Source: a virus. Taken from it: a stretch of 64,000 nucleotides of DNA. Shown here in pieces: positions 9,170 to 17,671 of this stretch. A program made the translations under genes and the position numbers. Position 1 is the first letter of the stretch. Each line of letters starts with the position of its first letter. Below the pieces are notes generated by a model, which worked only from the letters and a program-made list of their open reading frames with translations, ran no database searches and was not told the origin of the DNA. The DNA lies in IMG/VR virus record IMGVR_UViG_3300034375_010007, positions 17,490 through 81,489 of that record, one strand, 5' to 3'.

Positions 9170-10443
9170 AAACTGTAGTATTAGTAGGACAACTAACTGA
9201 TATATCAGGATACGGGCATGGAGCACGTAGCTATTTCAGCAATCTTCTAGATTTGGACAGAAGGGGCCTAATAGAGTTAAAATTAATAAACTTGTCATTT
9301 GAATCGGTTATTTATAAGGATAAAAAATTAGACAAAGATTATAATGAGAAGTTGATTGCTTCTGTTCTCCCTGATGGCCGTGGCAAGCGTAGTTTTGGAA
9401 TAGTAGATAACAAATTTTTTGATGAAATATCAAATGGTAATAAAAAATATTCTGTTGTTTTTTTTCTTACCAACGATTGGCTTAATACTTTCACCGAAAA
9501 AGCATTTCCTGGGGTGAATTTAGAACCTATTGCCTCTTTTCTAAAAAACGCAGAAGAAATATATCCTTGCGTAGTTTGGGAAACTGATAAGCCACCATCC
9601 TCGTGGCTAGCAGGATATAAACGATATGAAGATAAGATAAGCAAGCTAATTTGTGCATGTGATTGGAACAAGGAACAGTTTTCTAAACACACAAATTTTG
9701 AAACAGTCAAAATACCGTATACTATTAATGAAAAGTTATTAGTTGATGACGATTTCATTAGTGAACGCCTGTCGGGTTTAGAAAATAAATTTAATTTTGT
9801 AACTGTTGGTCAGTGGGGAAACAGAAAGGGGTTTGATAAGCTTATCAAAGCTTTCCTGCTTGAATTTAAAGATGACAAAGATGTTAACTTGATAATCAAA
9901 AGTTATCGTAATGCAACCTTTCAGCCAAATGTTAGCGAAAGACAATTCTTCAAAGATGAGATAGAAAAAATTAAAGATCAAGTAAAAATGTATGGACGCC
10001 AAATTAAAAGTGATGCAAAAATAGTTATAATTTCTAGTATATTGAGTGCTGAGCAGATCAACTCTTTATATCATGTAAGTGACTGCTATGTTACTACTAC
10101 AAGAGGCGAGGGATTTTGTTATCCAATAGCAGAATATTCTTGGTTTGGCAAACCGATAATATCTCCGTCCAAGGGAGGGCACACTGATCTTCTTCCGGAA
10201 GGAAGTATGATGATTGATTCATCCTACGAACCAGTTGAAAATCAACCATCTTTATATTCATCAGACATGAATTATGTTGAGTGTTCAATCAATTCAACCA
10301 GAAATAAAATGAGAACCATCTACAATTTAAAAATAAATAACTCTGATGATTATGATAAACTTGGCAAACAGCACCTTAGCCATATAAAACAATATTTAAA
10401 CCACGAAAGAATAACAAGCTTATTTGAAGAAGCTTTACGGTAA
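9166..10443 (+). CDS. glycosyltransferase, GT-B/GT4
   Basis: SGYGHGAR, QWGNRKG and RGEGFCYPIAE. Confidence 0.88.
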   Translation: MKTVVLVGQLTDISGYGHGARSYFSNLLDLDRRGLIELKLINLSFESVIYKDKKLDKDYNEKLIASVLPDGRGKRSFGIVDNKFFDEISNGNKKYSVVFFLTNDWLNTFTEKAFPGVNLEPIASFLKNAEEIYPCVVWETDKPPSSWLAGYKRYEDKISKLICACDWNKEQFSKHTNFETVKIPYTINEKLLVDDDFISERLSGLENKFNFVTVGQWGNRKGFDKLIKAFLLEFKDDKDVNLIIKSYRNATFQPNVSERQFFKDEIEKIKDQVKMYGRQIKSDAKIVIISSILSAEQINSLYHVSDCYVTTTRGEGFCYPIAEYSWFGKPIISPSKGGHTDLLPEGSMMIDSSYEPVENQPSLYSSDMNYVECSINSTRNKMRTIYNLKINNSDDYDKLGKQHLSHIKQYLNHERITSLFEEALR

Positions 10444-10448
10444 TTGAA

Positions 10449-11426
10449 ATGAAAAAAACTGCAATAATAACTGGGATTACCGGGCAAGATGGGTCTTATT
10501 TAGCTGACTTATTGCTAAGTAAGGATTACAACGTTGTAGGTACTCTTAGAAGAACAGTAGTTTCTGAGAAAGAAAAGCTGGCCAACTTAAGTAATATAGA
10601 CGATAATCGTCTTACTCTTATAGACGTTGATATTACGGATTCCGCTTCCGTATATAGGATGGTCAAAGAGCACCAACCAGATGAGTATTATAATTTAGCT
10701 GCCCAATCTCATGTCGGCACATCATTTAGAACTCCTGCTTCTACTTTTGATATTAATGCAACAAGCGTTATTTACGCTTTAGAAGCTATTAGACTTGAGA
10801 GGCCAGAGTGTAAATTCTATCAAGCTTCAACATCAGAGATGTTTGGAGATAATGTTACAAACCCTCAAGGGGAAGATACATTCTTTTCTCCGGTTTCTCC
10901 ATATGCTTGTGCAAAGCTAGCTGCTCACCATATGACGCAGACATATAGAAAATCTTATGATTTATTTGCCTGCTCTGGAATACTTTTCAATCATGAATCA
11001 CCTAGAAGAGGTGAAAATTTCGTTACTAGAAAGATTACCAAGGCAGCTGCAAGAATCAAGCTTGGGTTACAAGACGAGCTAAGACTCGGCAATCTAGAGG
11101 CTCTCAGAGATTGGGGGCACGCCAAGGACTATGTACGCGGGATGTGGTTGATGCTCCAACAGGATACCCCGGATGATTATATCTTAGCCACAGGCGAAGC
11201 TAACTCGGTAGAACAATTTCTAGAATATGTTTTTGACTATGCGGGGCTAAGCATCGATGATCGAGTTGTGATAGATCCTAAATTCTATCGACCCTGTGAG
11301 GTCCCAGAGTTGCGAGGAGATCCTTCAAAAGCTGAGAGAGTTTTGGGGTGGAATCGAGAATATGACTTTAGATCTTTAGCTATTGAGATGTTTGAAGAAG
11401 ATTATAGGAGAGAAGAAAAATTATGA
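10449..11426 (+). CDS. gmd: GDP-mannose 4,6-dehydratase
   Basis: ITGITGQDGSYLA, NLAAQSHV, YQASTSE, SPYACAK, GILFNHESPRRG and RDWGHAKDY. Confidence 0.97.
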   Translation: MKKTAIITGITGQDGSYLADLLLSKDYNVVGTLRRTVVSEKEKLANLSNIDDNRLTLIDVDITDSASVYRMVKEHQPDEYYNLAAQSHVGTSFRTPASTFDINATSVIYALEAIRLERPECKFYQASTSEMFGDNVTNPQGEDTFFSPVSPYACAKLAAHHMTQTYRKSYDLFACSGILFNHESPRRGENFVTRKITKAAARIKLGLQDELRLGNLEALRDWGHAKDYVRGMWLMLQQDTPDDYILATGEANSVEQFLEYVFDYAGLSIDDRVVIDPKFYRPCEVPELRGDPSKAERVLGWNREYDFRSLAIEMFEEDYRREEKL

Positions 11427-12079
11427 ATTATTATGGCCAACTGGCAATAGACTTTATATTGCATTCTAGATATTTTAAAAACAAAAAAAATGGATTATTT
11501 GTAGAGTGTGGTGCTTTTAATGGAGTAGCCGATTCGAATACTCTGTTTTTTTATAAAAATCTAAATTGGAGAGGTTTTAATTTTGAGCCAATTCCAAGCA
11601 TTTATCAGCAACTAATCAAAAACAGACCAGAAGACATTAATTTAAACTTAGCTTTATCTAATAAAGACGGCACTTCGGTTTTTACTAGAGTTATAGAACA
11701 ATCTCGTTTCCCGCAGTGGGGTGGAGACTTCGCAAATGGTTCACTAAAACATACTAAAAGTCATAAAAAACAAATTGAAAAAAATTTTCCTGGCTCCGAA
11801 TATATCGATATAGAAGTAAAAACCATTTCATTAAAATCTTTTTTTGAACAAAAAATTACAAAAAAACCAGAGTTATTTATTCTAGACATAGAGGGCTATG
11901 AGAATATCGTGCTGGAACAACTAAAAGAAATTCCAGAAAAAAAACATCCAGATGTGTGGTGTATCGAGTGGGGTCATGATGATGTTGAATTAACAAAAAG
12001 CATAATGAAAGAAAATAATTATGTACTAGATTACACAGATTCAATAAATCTTATTTTTACAAAAAGCTTTAATAAATGA
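11423..12079 (+). CDS. FkbM-family methyltransferase
   Basis: FVECGAFNG..SNT, FEP and LDIEGYE. Confidence 0.88.
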   Translation: MNYYGQLAIDFILHSRYFKNKKNGLFVECGAFNGVADSNTLFFYKNLNWRGFNFEPIPSIYQQLIKNRPEDINLNLALSNKDGTSVFTRVIEQSRFPQWGGDFANGSLKHTKSHKKQIEKNFPGSEYIDIEVKTISLKSFFEQKITKKPELFILDIEGYENIVLEQLKEIPEKKHPDVWCIEWGHDDVELTKSIMKENNYVLDYTDSINLIFTKSFNK

Positions 12080-12840
12080 CAAAAAGTGAAATAAAAAAAA
12101 TAATTAAAACTACAAAAAATTTCAAAACCTATCAAAATAAATTGGATTTTTTACATAATAGATTTGAAGGAGAAACTTGTTACATTTTAGGCTGTGGGCC
12201 TTCTTTACTAGAAGCTAACAAGGATAATCTTAAAAAGGAATTACAAAATAATTTGTGTTTATCAATAAAAATTGCTTATTTTTCTTTTTTGGAGTTAGTT
12301 GATTTTCATTTTTTTAATTCTAATAATTTTATGAAATACCCCTACAGTGATGAGACGCTTATTGTTTCATCATCAGATTTTCAATCTGAGCAACAAGCTA
12401 AATCAGGTATTTGGCAGTTTCAAGAAAATGATATAAATTTTACGATTGCTAATAAATCTAAAAATGAAATGCTATCGAGGACAAAGCAAATAGAAAAATG
12501 GCTTATTTGCAATTCTGGAACGAAAAGACCTTGGGGCCCCGGCATAATATATGAATCTGTATTATTTTTTGCTTACCATTTAGGTTGTAATAAAATAAAA
12601 ACAATCGGTTGGGATTATATAGATCCTAATGATAAAAAAATATGTCACTTCTATAAAGAAGACTGGAGAATGTCACAACTTATAAACCCCGCAGCCCAAC
12701 CGTATAGTGGAGAGATTAAAGAATCAATCGAACTATCAGGCGATTTTTATTCTTGGCTTTCCCAAAGAGACGTTGAAGTTTCAGCCTATGAATCAGAATT
12801 ATGTTTTTTATCAGATAAAATAAAAAGATATAAGTTATGA
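12076..12840 (+). CDS. DUF115/Maf-like (sialyltransferase-like) protein
   Basis: CYILGCGPSL and AYHLGCNKIKTIGWD; next to a NeuA-like gene. Confidence 0.7.
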   Translation: MTKSEIKKIIKTTKNFKTYQNKLDFLHNRFEGETCYILGCGPSLLEANKDNLKKELQNNLCLSIKIAYFSFLELVDFHFFNSNNFMKYPYSDETLIVSSSDFQSEQQAKSGIWQFQENDINFTIANKSKNEMLSRTKQIEKWLICNSGTKRPWGPGIIYESVLFFAYHLGCNKIKTIGWDYIDPNDKKICHFYKEDWRMSQLINPAAQPYSGEIKESIELSGDFYSWLSQRDVEVSAYESELCFLSDKIKRYKL

Positions 12841-13502
12841 AAATTAATATAATAATTCCCGCTAAAGGAAATAGCGAAAGAATAAAAAACAAAAACCTGT
12901 ATGAAGTTGGGGGTAAAAGTCTAATATATCATGCATGCGAGAAAGTTCTTGATTGTAAACATATTGATAACGTGTACTTGGACACAGAAAGTAGAGATGT
13001 TATTGCAAGTGTGACACCACTATTCTCAAAAGGACTAAAACTAATCAAAAGACATCCAAGTCTGGCCACAAACGATATTGGTGCCAATGAGATGATGATT
13101 TATGGGCTACACAGTATTGAAGAGTGCGATGTGTTATTGCAGACATTTTGTACATCACCATTGCTGACATCAGAAACAATTGATAGGTGCATCGAGACAT
13201 TTATAAACCACGGCATGACTAAGCACGATTCCTTTTTTACAGTTGTTGATGTGCAAGAGTATTTTTGGAAAAATGGTAAAGCATATAATTTTTCAACTAA
13301 AGAATTACCAAATAGTTTTGAACTTGACATATTGAAAATGGAAACTCATGGACTATACGGCATAACAGTAGACTCTTTGCTAAAAAATAAAACTAGAGTT
13401 GGCAACAACCCAATGATGATTAATATTACAAAAATGGAATCACTTGATATCAATGTAGAAGAAGATTTACAACTAATAGAGAGGATAATGAATGCTTCCT
13501 GA
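12837..13502 (+). CDS. neuA: acylneuraminate/ulosonate cytidylyltransferase (NeuA/KdsB-like)
   Basis: IIPAKGNSERIKNKN, TSPL and SLDINVEED. Confidence 0.85.
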   Translation: MKINIIIPAKGNSERIKNKNLYEVGGKSLIYHACEKVLDCKHIDNVYLDTESRDVIASVTPLFSKGLKLIKRHPSLATNDIGANEMMIYGLHSIEECDVLLQTFCTSPLLTSETIDRCIETFINHGMTKHDSFFTVVDVQEYFWKNGKAYNFSTKELPNSFELDILKMETHGLYGITVDSLLKNKTRVGNNPMMINITKMESLDINVEEDLQLIERIMNAS

Positions 13503-14142
13503 CGACATATACATGGGAATAGTTTACGATTCTTTAAGAATTATGGGCGAAAAATATAAAAATTTCTATATTAACATTAAACCAAAATGCGGCTATGATT
13601 CGATCATACAAGGAAATTGTTTCACAACTTATGGAGAGGTTGTTGAAGATTGGGATGTAGATTACACCGAAGTAGACAACATACGTCTTGAGATGTATAA
13701 GTTAGATGTATTTTCGGACAATCCGATTGTGTTCCTTCAAGCTAATGACGATAAAGTAGCCCACAGTGGCGATATAACTTCTTTGATATATAAAAAGCTT
13801 GGAGCGAAGGGGTTTGTAACAGATGGAATAGTTAGGGACATTGATATCATAGATAAACTACAATTTCCCGTATTCTGCAGAGATGAGAACCCAATTGATG
13901 CTATTGATTATTGGGCCCTAACAAAATTTCAAAATACTATTGAAATTGATGGAGTCGTAATAACACCAAATGATTATTCATTCGCTAGTAGAGATGGTGT
14001 AATAATTGTCAGATCTGATCTGAAAGAAAAGTTTAAGAAAATCGCACTTGAACAGCTAGAGAGAGAGAAAAAAGTACGTTTTTTGATTAATGAGAAAACA
14101 AAAACGTTTGAGCAAATAGTAGAGGAAATGGGAAGATGGTAA
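13492..14142 (+). CDS. RraA-family / HMG-aldolase-like protein
   Basis: AHSGDI, GFVTDGIVRD, FPVF and IDGVVITPND..FASRDGVI. Confidence 0.85.
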   Translation: MLPDDIYMGIVYDSLRIMGEKYKNFYINIKPKCGYDSIIQGNCFTTYGEVVEDWDVDYTEVDNIRLEMYKLDVFSDNPIVFLQANDDKVAHSGDITSLIYKKLGAKGFVTDGIVRDIDIIDKLQFPVFCRDENPIDAIDYWALTKFQNTIEIDGVVITPNDYSFASRDGVIIVRSDLKEKFKKIALEQLEREKKVRFLINEKTKTFEQIVEEMGRW

Positions 14143-14978
14143 TAGAGAAGCCAATCATGGTGGCTGAGCTAAGCATTAACCATCTGGGGATGGTCAAAAT
14201 AGCTCAAAAAATGATAGATGAAGCTATTGGCGGCGGCGCGGATCTTATCAAACTTAAATTCAAGAATGTTGAAAAGTATTATAAAGATGACGGCAAGAAA
14301 TGGAGAAATTTTAATTTCAAAACTTATCGAGGATCTCTAGAGCTAAGTAAGGAAGATTTTGGATATTTAGCCGAATACTGTAATTCTAAGGGGATTAAGT
14401 GGTTCTGCACAGTACACGATGAAGAGGGGCTAAATTTTATAAAGACGTTTGATCCTCCATTCTATAAGGTTGCTAGTATGGACGCTGGCAAAACTGAATT
14501 AGTCAAAAAGGTTATGAGTCTGTGCGCATCAGAAGATAAGCCTCTTATTATTAGTTTGGGTGGAAAATCTAATGAATTTGTTACTACATTAGTAGATAAA
14601 ATCAACGCACATAAGCTAAAAGCTTTCTTATTACATACTGTTTCTATTTATCCAACACCAGATGGCAAGTCTAATATATCTTACATTACTAATCTTCGTA
14701 AGAAATTTGAAAGTGATAACATTAAAATTGGATATTCGGGCCATGAAGTGGGGTATGCTCCTTCTATCTTGGCAACCCTTCAAGGAGCTAGAATGATAGA
14801 GAGACACTTTACGTTGTCTTTAGATTGGAATATACACCATTTGGGGTGTGCTTTGACCCCAGAAAAATATAGAGAAATGAACGAAACAATAGATAAGTTA
14901 ATTTTAGAAAACAATGCTGGATTAACTGAGTTTCACAAAGAGGAATTAGATTTCCTTAAAGATATGAAGTACGCATGA
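14136..14978 (+). CDS. neuB: NeuB-like ulosonic acid synthase (TIM barrel only)
   Basis: AELSINHLG, GADLIK, YKVAS, HTVSIYPT, GYSGHE and IERHFTL; no C-terminal AFP-like domain (280 aa). Confidence 0.85.
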   Translation: MVIEKPIMVAELSINHLGMVKIAQKMIDEAIGGGADLIKLKFKNVEKYYKDDGKKWRNFNFKTYRGSLELSKEDFGYLAEYCNSKGIKWFCTVHDEEGLNFIKTFDPPFYKVASMDAGKTELVKKVMSLCASEDKPLIISLGGKSNEFVTTLVDKINAHKLKAFLLHTVSIYPTPDGKSNISYITNLRKKFESDNIKIGYSGHEVGYAPSILATLQGARMIERHFTLSLDWNIHHLGCALTPEKYREMNETIDKLILENNAGLTEFHKEELDFLKDMKYA

Positions 14979-15565
14979 TTTATATTGTTAGACATGGACA
15001 AACAGCCTGGAATTTACAAGGCAGAAAACAGGGGAGAAAAGATTCTCCCTTAACTTTGAAAGGAGTTGAACAAGCAAAAGAAGTCTCTAAAATTTTGAAT
15101 GATTCCATCAAAGATTATACTAAGTTCAAGATAGTAGTATCTCCCCAGTGGAGATGTCAGCAATTTGCTAGTATCATATGCGAACTTGCTGGTATTGATT
15201 TTTCTGCATGTATATTTGAAGAGAATTTAAGAGAGCATTGTTTTGGATTGTGGGAAGGCAAAACAGAAGAAGAGATAGAGGAAGAATTTCCCGGGTTTTT
15301 AGCAAAAAGATATATCCCAGAAAATTACTGGAGTTATGTGGTTCCGATGGGTGAGAGCTATGAGTTGCTGTATTCCAGAATTAAAAAAGTTTTAGATAAG
15401 TACGAAGGACAAAAAGTTGTATATATTTGCCATGAAATGGTGTCAAAAGTTATAAGAGGTAAAACTCTGAACTTATCCCCAGAGCAGATACTTCCTCTTA
15501 GGCACCCACAAGACTGTGTGTATAAAGTAGAGAACAATACATTGACGGAGTTGCGAAGTGTTTGA
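14975..15565 (+). CDS. histidine phosphatase (phosphoglycerate mutase family)
   Basis: RHGQT.WN, DSPLT, LREH.FG.WEG, GESY and ICH. Confidence 0.9.
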   Translation: MIYIVRHGQTAWNLQGRKQGRKDSPLTLKGVEQAKEVSKILNDSIKDYTKFKIVVSPQWRCQQFASIICELAGIDFSACIFEENLREHCFGLWEGKTEEEIEEEFPGFLAKRYIPENYWSYVVPMGESYELLYSRIKKVLDKYEGQKVVYICHEMVSKVIRGKTLNLSPEQILPLRHPQDCVYKVENNTLTELRSV

Positions 15566-15668
15566 AAATTGGACATTTAAAGAACCTACAAGTGAATTTG
15601 TAGAACAAAGGAGTTGCTTAGATATTGGTGCTAGAAAAAACATGTCTGATTTCCCACTAAAATACTAA
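15558..15668 (+). pseudogene. truncated SAM-methyltransferase fragment (36 codons)
   Basis: GTG start with SD GGAG; MFENWTFKEPTSEFVEQRSCLDIGARKNMSDFPLKY*; LDIGA resembles SAM motif I; lies at the island edge. Confidence 0.45.
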
Positions 15669-15682
15669 AAAGGAGTAGAAAA

Positions 15683-15880
15683 ATGAAACTATCAAACCAA
15701 GCAGTAGGGGCTCTAATGATGGCCCTTCAAAGATCTCTAATGGAGCAGTCGGACATTGTTCCTGTTCTACAAGGGATGGATTTTCAGGTAAATCCAGAAG
15801 ATTCGTCACATTCGGAGTTGGTTGTCACGAACCCACCAACAATTAATTTTGACAATGTCGAACTAAACGAGGAAGGATAA
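15683..15880 (+). CDS. hypothetical protein
   Basis: Strong SD AAGGAG. Confidence 0.75.
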   Translation: MKLSNQAVGALMMALQRSLMEQSDIVPVLQGMDFQVNPEDSSHSELVVTNPPTINFDNVELNEEG

Positions 15881-15884
15881 TAAA

Positions 15885-16043
15885 ATGTTTAAGAAGACAC
15901 AGGAAACTCGATACATCACCGAGGGTCAGGCCCGAGAATTAGCAGATGAGCTTGTTCGTACAGCACTTAGAGAGCAAGCTAGAGAGCTTGAGAAGCACCT
16001 TGCCGATATAGACAAACGACTTAAAACTCTAGAGAGAAGGTAA
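15885..16043 (+). CDS. small coiled-coil hypothetical protein (52 aa, absent from the ORF track)
   Basis: MFKKTQETRYITEGQARELADELVRTALREQARELEKHLADIDKRLKTLERR*; SD AAGGA; fills the gap exactly. Confidence 0.7.
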   Translation: MFKKTQETRYITEGQARELADELVRTALREQARELEKHLADIDKRLKTLERR

Positions 16044-16045
16044 TA

Positions 16046-16294
16046 ATGCCCAGATATGTCTATCGTTGTACGGAATGCGAAGAGCTTTCAACTATCAATC
16101 ACTCATCCGATGAGGTAGAAACAAAGTGCCCTAAGTGCGCCACCGATAGAGGACTAGTGAAATTACTTACCAATTTTACTACGAGAAAAAATGGAACAAA
16201 ACTTAACAAGGTTGGTCAAGTAACAGAGCAATTTATAGAAGATTCGCGTCAAGAGTTGGAACAACAAAAAGAGCAACTAAATAAAAACAAATAA
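16046..16294 (+). CDS. FmdB-family zinc-ribbon protein
   Basis: MPRYVYRCTEC...CPKC. Confidence 0.8.
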   Translation: MPRYVYRCTECEELSTINHSSDEVETKCPKCATDRGLVKLLTNFTTRKNGTKLNKVGQVTEQFIEDSRQELEQQKEQLNKNK

Positions 16295-16662
16295 TGTTCA
16301 TTCATATTGTATTAATCATATCCCTTGCAATAAACGTACTTTTGGGTTGGTATATATCAAGGATGTTACAAAAGTTTATATTTATCTCAGACAATATGTC
16401 TGATTTGTTTTTGACCACAAAAGCTTTTCAAGTGTTTGTAAAGGATATGTATAGCATGGATTCTTTTCACGGGGAGCCGATCATCCAAGAATTGGTGCTT
16501 CGTATAAGAGAAGTAAATGAAGAAATGTCTAATTTTAAAGAGATATTTGAATATACAATAGACGCTGAATTGGAACAAGAACTAGAGGAAGCGCTAAATG
16601 CCGAGGAAGAAGAGCAAGAAAAATTATTACTTTACGCAGGCACACGAAGACGCAATAGTTAA
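16294..16662 (+). CDS. hypothetical membrane-anchored protein
   Basis: N-terminal hydrophobic helix; 65-nt overlap with the sigma gene. Confidence 0.7.
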   Translation: MFIHIVLIISLAINVLLGWYISRMLQKFIFISDNMSDLFLTTKAFQVFVKDMYSMDSFHGEPIIQELVLRIREVNEEMSNFKEIFEYTIDAELEQELEEALNAEEEEQEKLLLYAGTRRRNS

Positions 16663-17284
16663 GTATGCCCTGACAAATGACAGGGAATTGCGATCTAAGT
16701 TATACGAAGAGTACATACAGCCTGCGTTTGACGATATGGTAGACAAGATAATCTACACTTATCGTTTTACCACACTGCCAAACATTGACTATCTCAGAGC
16801 AGATTGTAAGGTTTGGTTAACGACCATCCTAAACAAATACGATCCGAACAAAGGCTCCAAAGCCTTTTCATATTTCTCGGTTGTAACAAAGAACTGGTTT
16901 ATCCATAAGGTAAAGAGAACCAAAAAGCGTCTACAAACAGAAGTCTTTATGGAGGATGTTCTGAATGAGATGGATGAAAACCTAATATCGGAGGATCCCA
17001 GTTATTTCGACAAAAGATCGGAGATGGAATTTTGGATGTCTCTCAATAATGAGATAGATACTTGGGATTCATTTATGATAAAAGAAAACGAGAAGAAGGT
17101 TCTTATGGCTGTTCGTATTCTTTTAGACTCCGCTGATCAAATAGAAATTTTTAATAAGAAGGCAATCTATCTATATTTGAGAGAAATTACAGGACTTAAT
17201 ACAAAACAGGTTGTCAATAATCTTAATAAGCTTCGCAAGAGGTACAGGACGTTTAAGACAAAATGGGAAAACAGCGAGATCTAG
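16598..17284 (+). CDS. phage RNA polymerase sigma factor (gp55-like, late)
   Basis: YYF at the N-terminus; KYDPNKGSKAFSYFSVVTKNWF resembles sigma region 2 as in gp55; sits directly before the structural block. Confidence 0.75.
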   Translation: MPRKKSKKNYYFTQAHEDAIVKYALTNDRELRSKLYEEYIQPAFDDMVDKIIYTYRFTTLPNIDYLRADCKVWLTTILNKYDPNKGSKAFSYFSVVTKNWFIHKVKRTKKRLQTEVFMEDVLNEMDENLISEDPSYFDKRSEMEFWMSLNNEIDTWDSFMIKENEKKVLMAVRILLDSADQIEIFNKKAIYLYLREITGLNTKQVVNNLNKLRKRYRTFKTKWENSEI

Positions 17285-17384
17285 TATTTTTCGCCTTTTT
17301 GTGGAATAAAAACTATAAAGATTCTACCTACTAATGCTGACAAAGAGGGTATTTAAAGAAAAATGGGAAAACAGCGAGATTTAA
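17246..17384 (+). repeat. direct repeat of the sigma-gene 3' end, 100-nt offset
   Basis: 17246-17284 vs 17346-17384: 31/39 identical, with a 21-nt perfect core AAAATGGGAAAACAGCGAGAT. Confidence 0.9.
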
Positions 17385-17671
17385 GTTTAGAGCATTACAT
17401 AGAAGAAACCACGACAAACATCAAAGAAGATCGTGCGATGGCCAAGTCTTTACTAATGGATGTAATGGCCGATATGAAAGCCTCTCCCGCCGATAGAAGA
17501 GAGATGGGCCCAATCGCGGCCAAGTATGTAGAAAACCTTCAAAGATCCAATGAGCAGATGGTGAAGCTTGCTGCGATCCTTCAACGCCAAAAGACAGGCC
17601 AAGTAGGTCTCACAGCCGACGACAAAGAGCAGTTGTTTGATTTGTTGAACGAGAGCAAAGAAGATGGCTAA
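17363..17671 (+). CDS. hypothetical protein (helical)
   Basis: 102-aa ORF overlapping the next gene's start. Confidence 0.75.
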   Translation: MGKQRDLSLEHYIEETTTNIKEDRAMAKSLLMDVMADMKASPADRREMGPIAAKYVENLQRSNEQMVKLAAILQRQKTGQVGLTADDKEQLFDLLNESKEDG

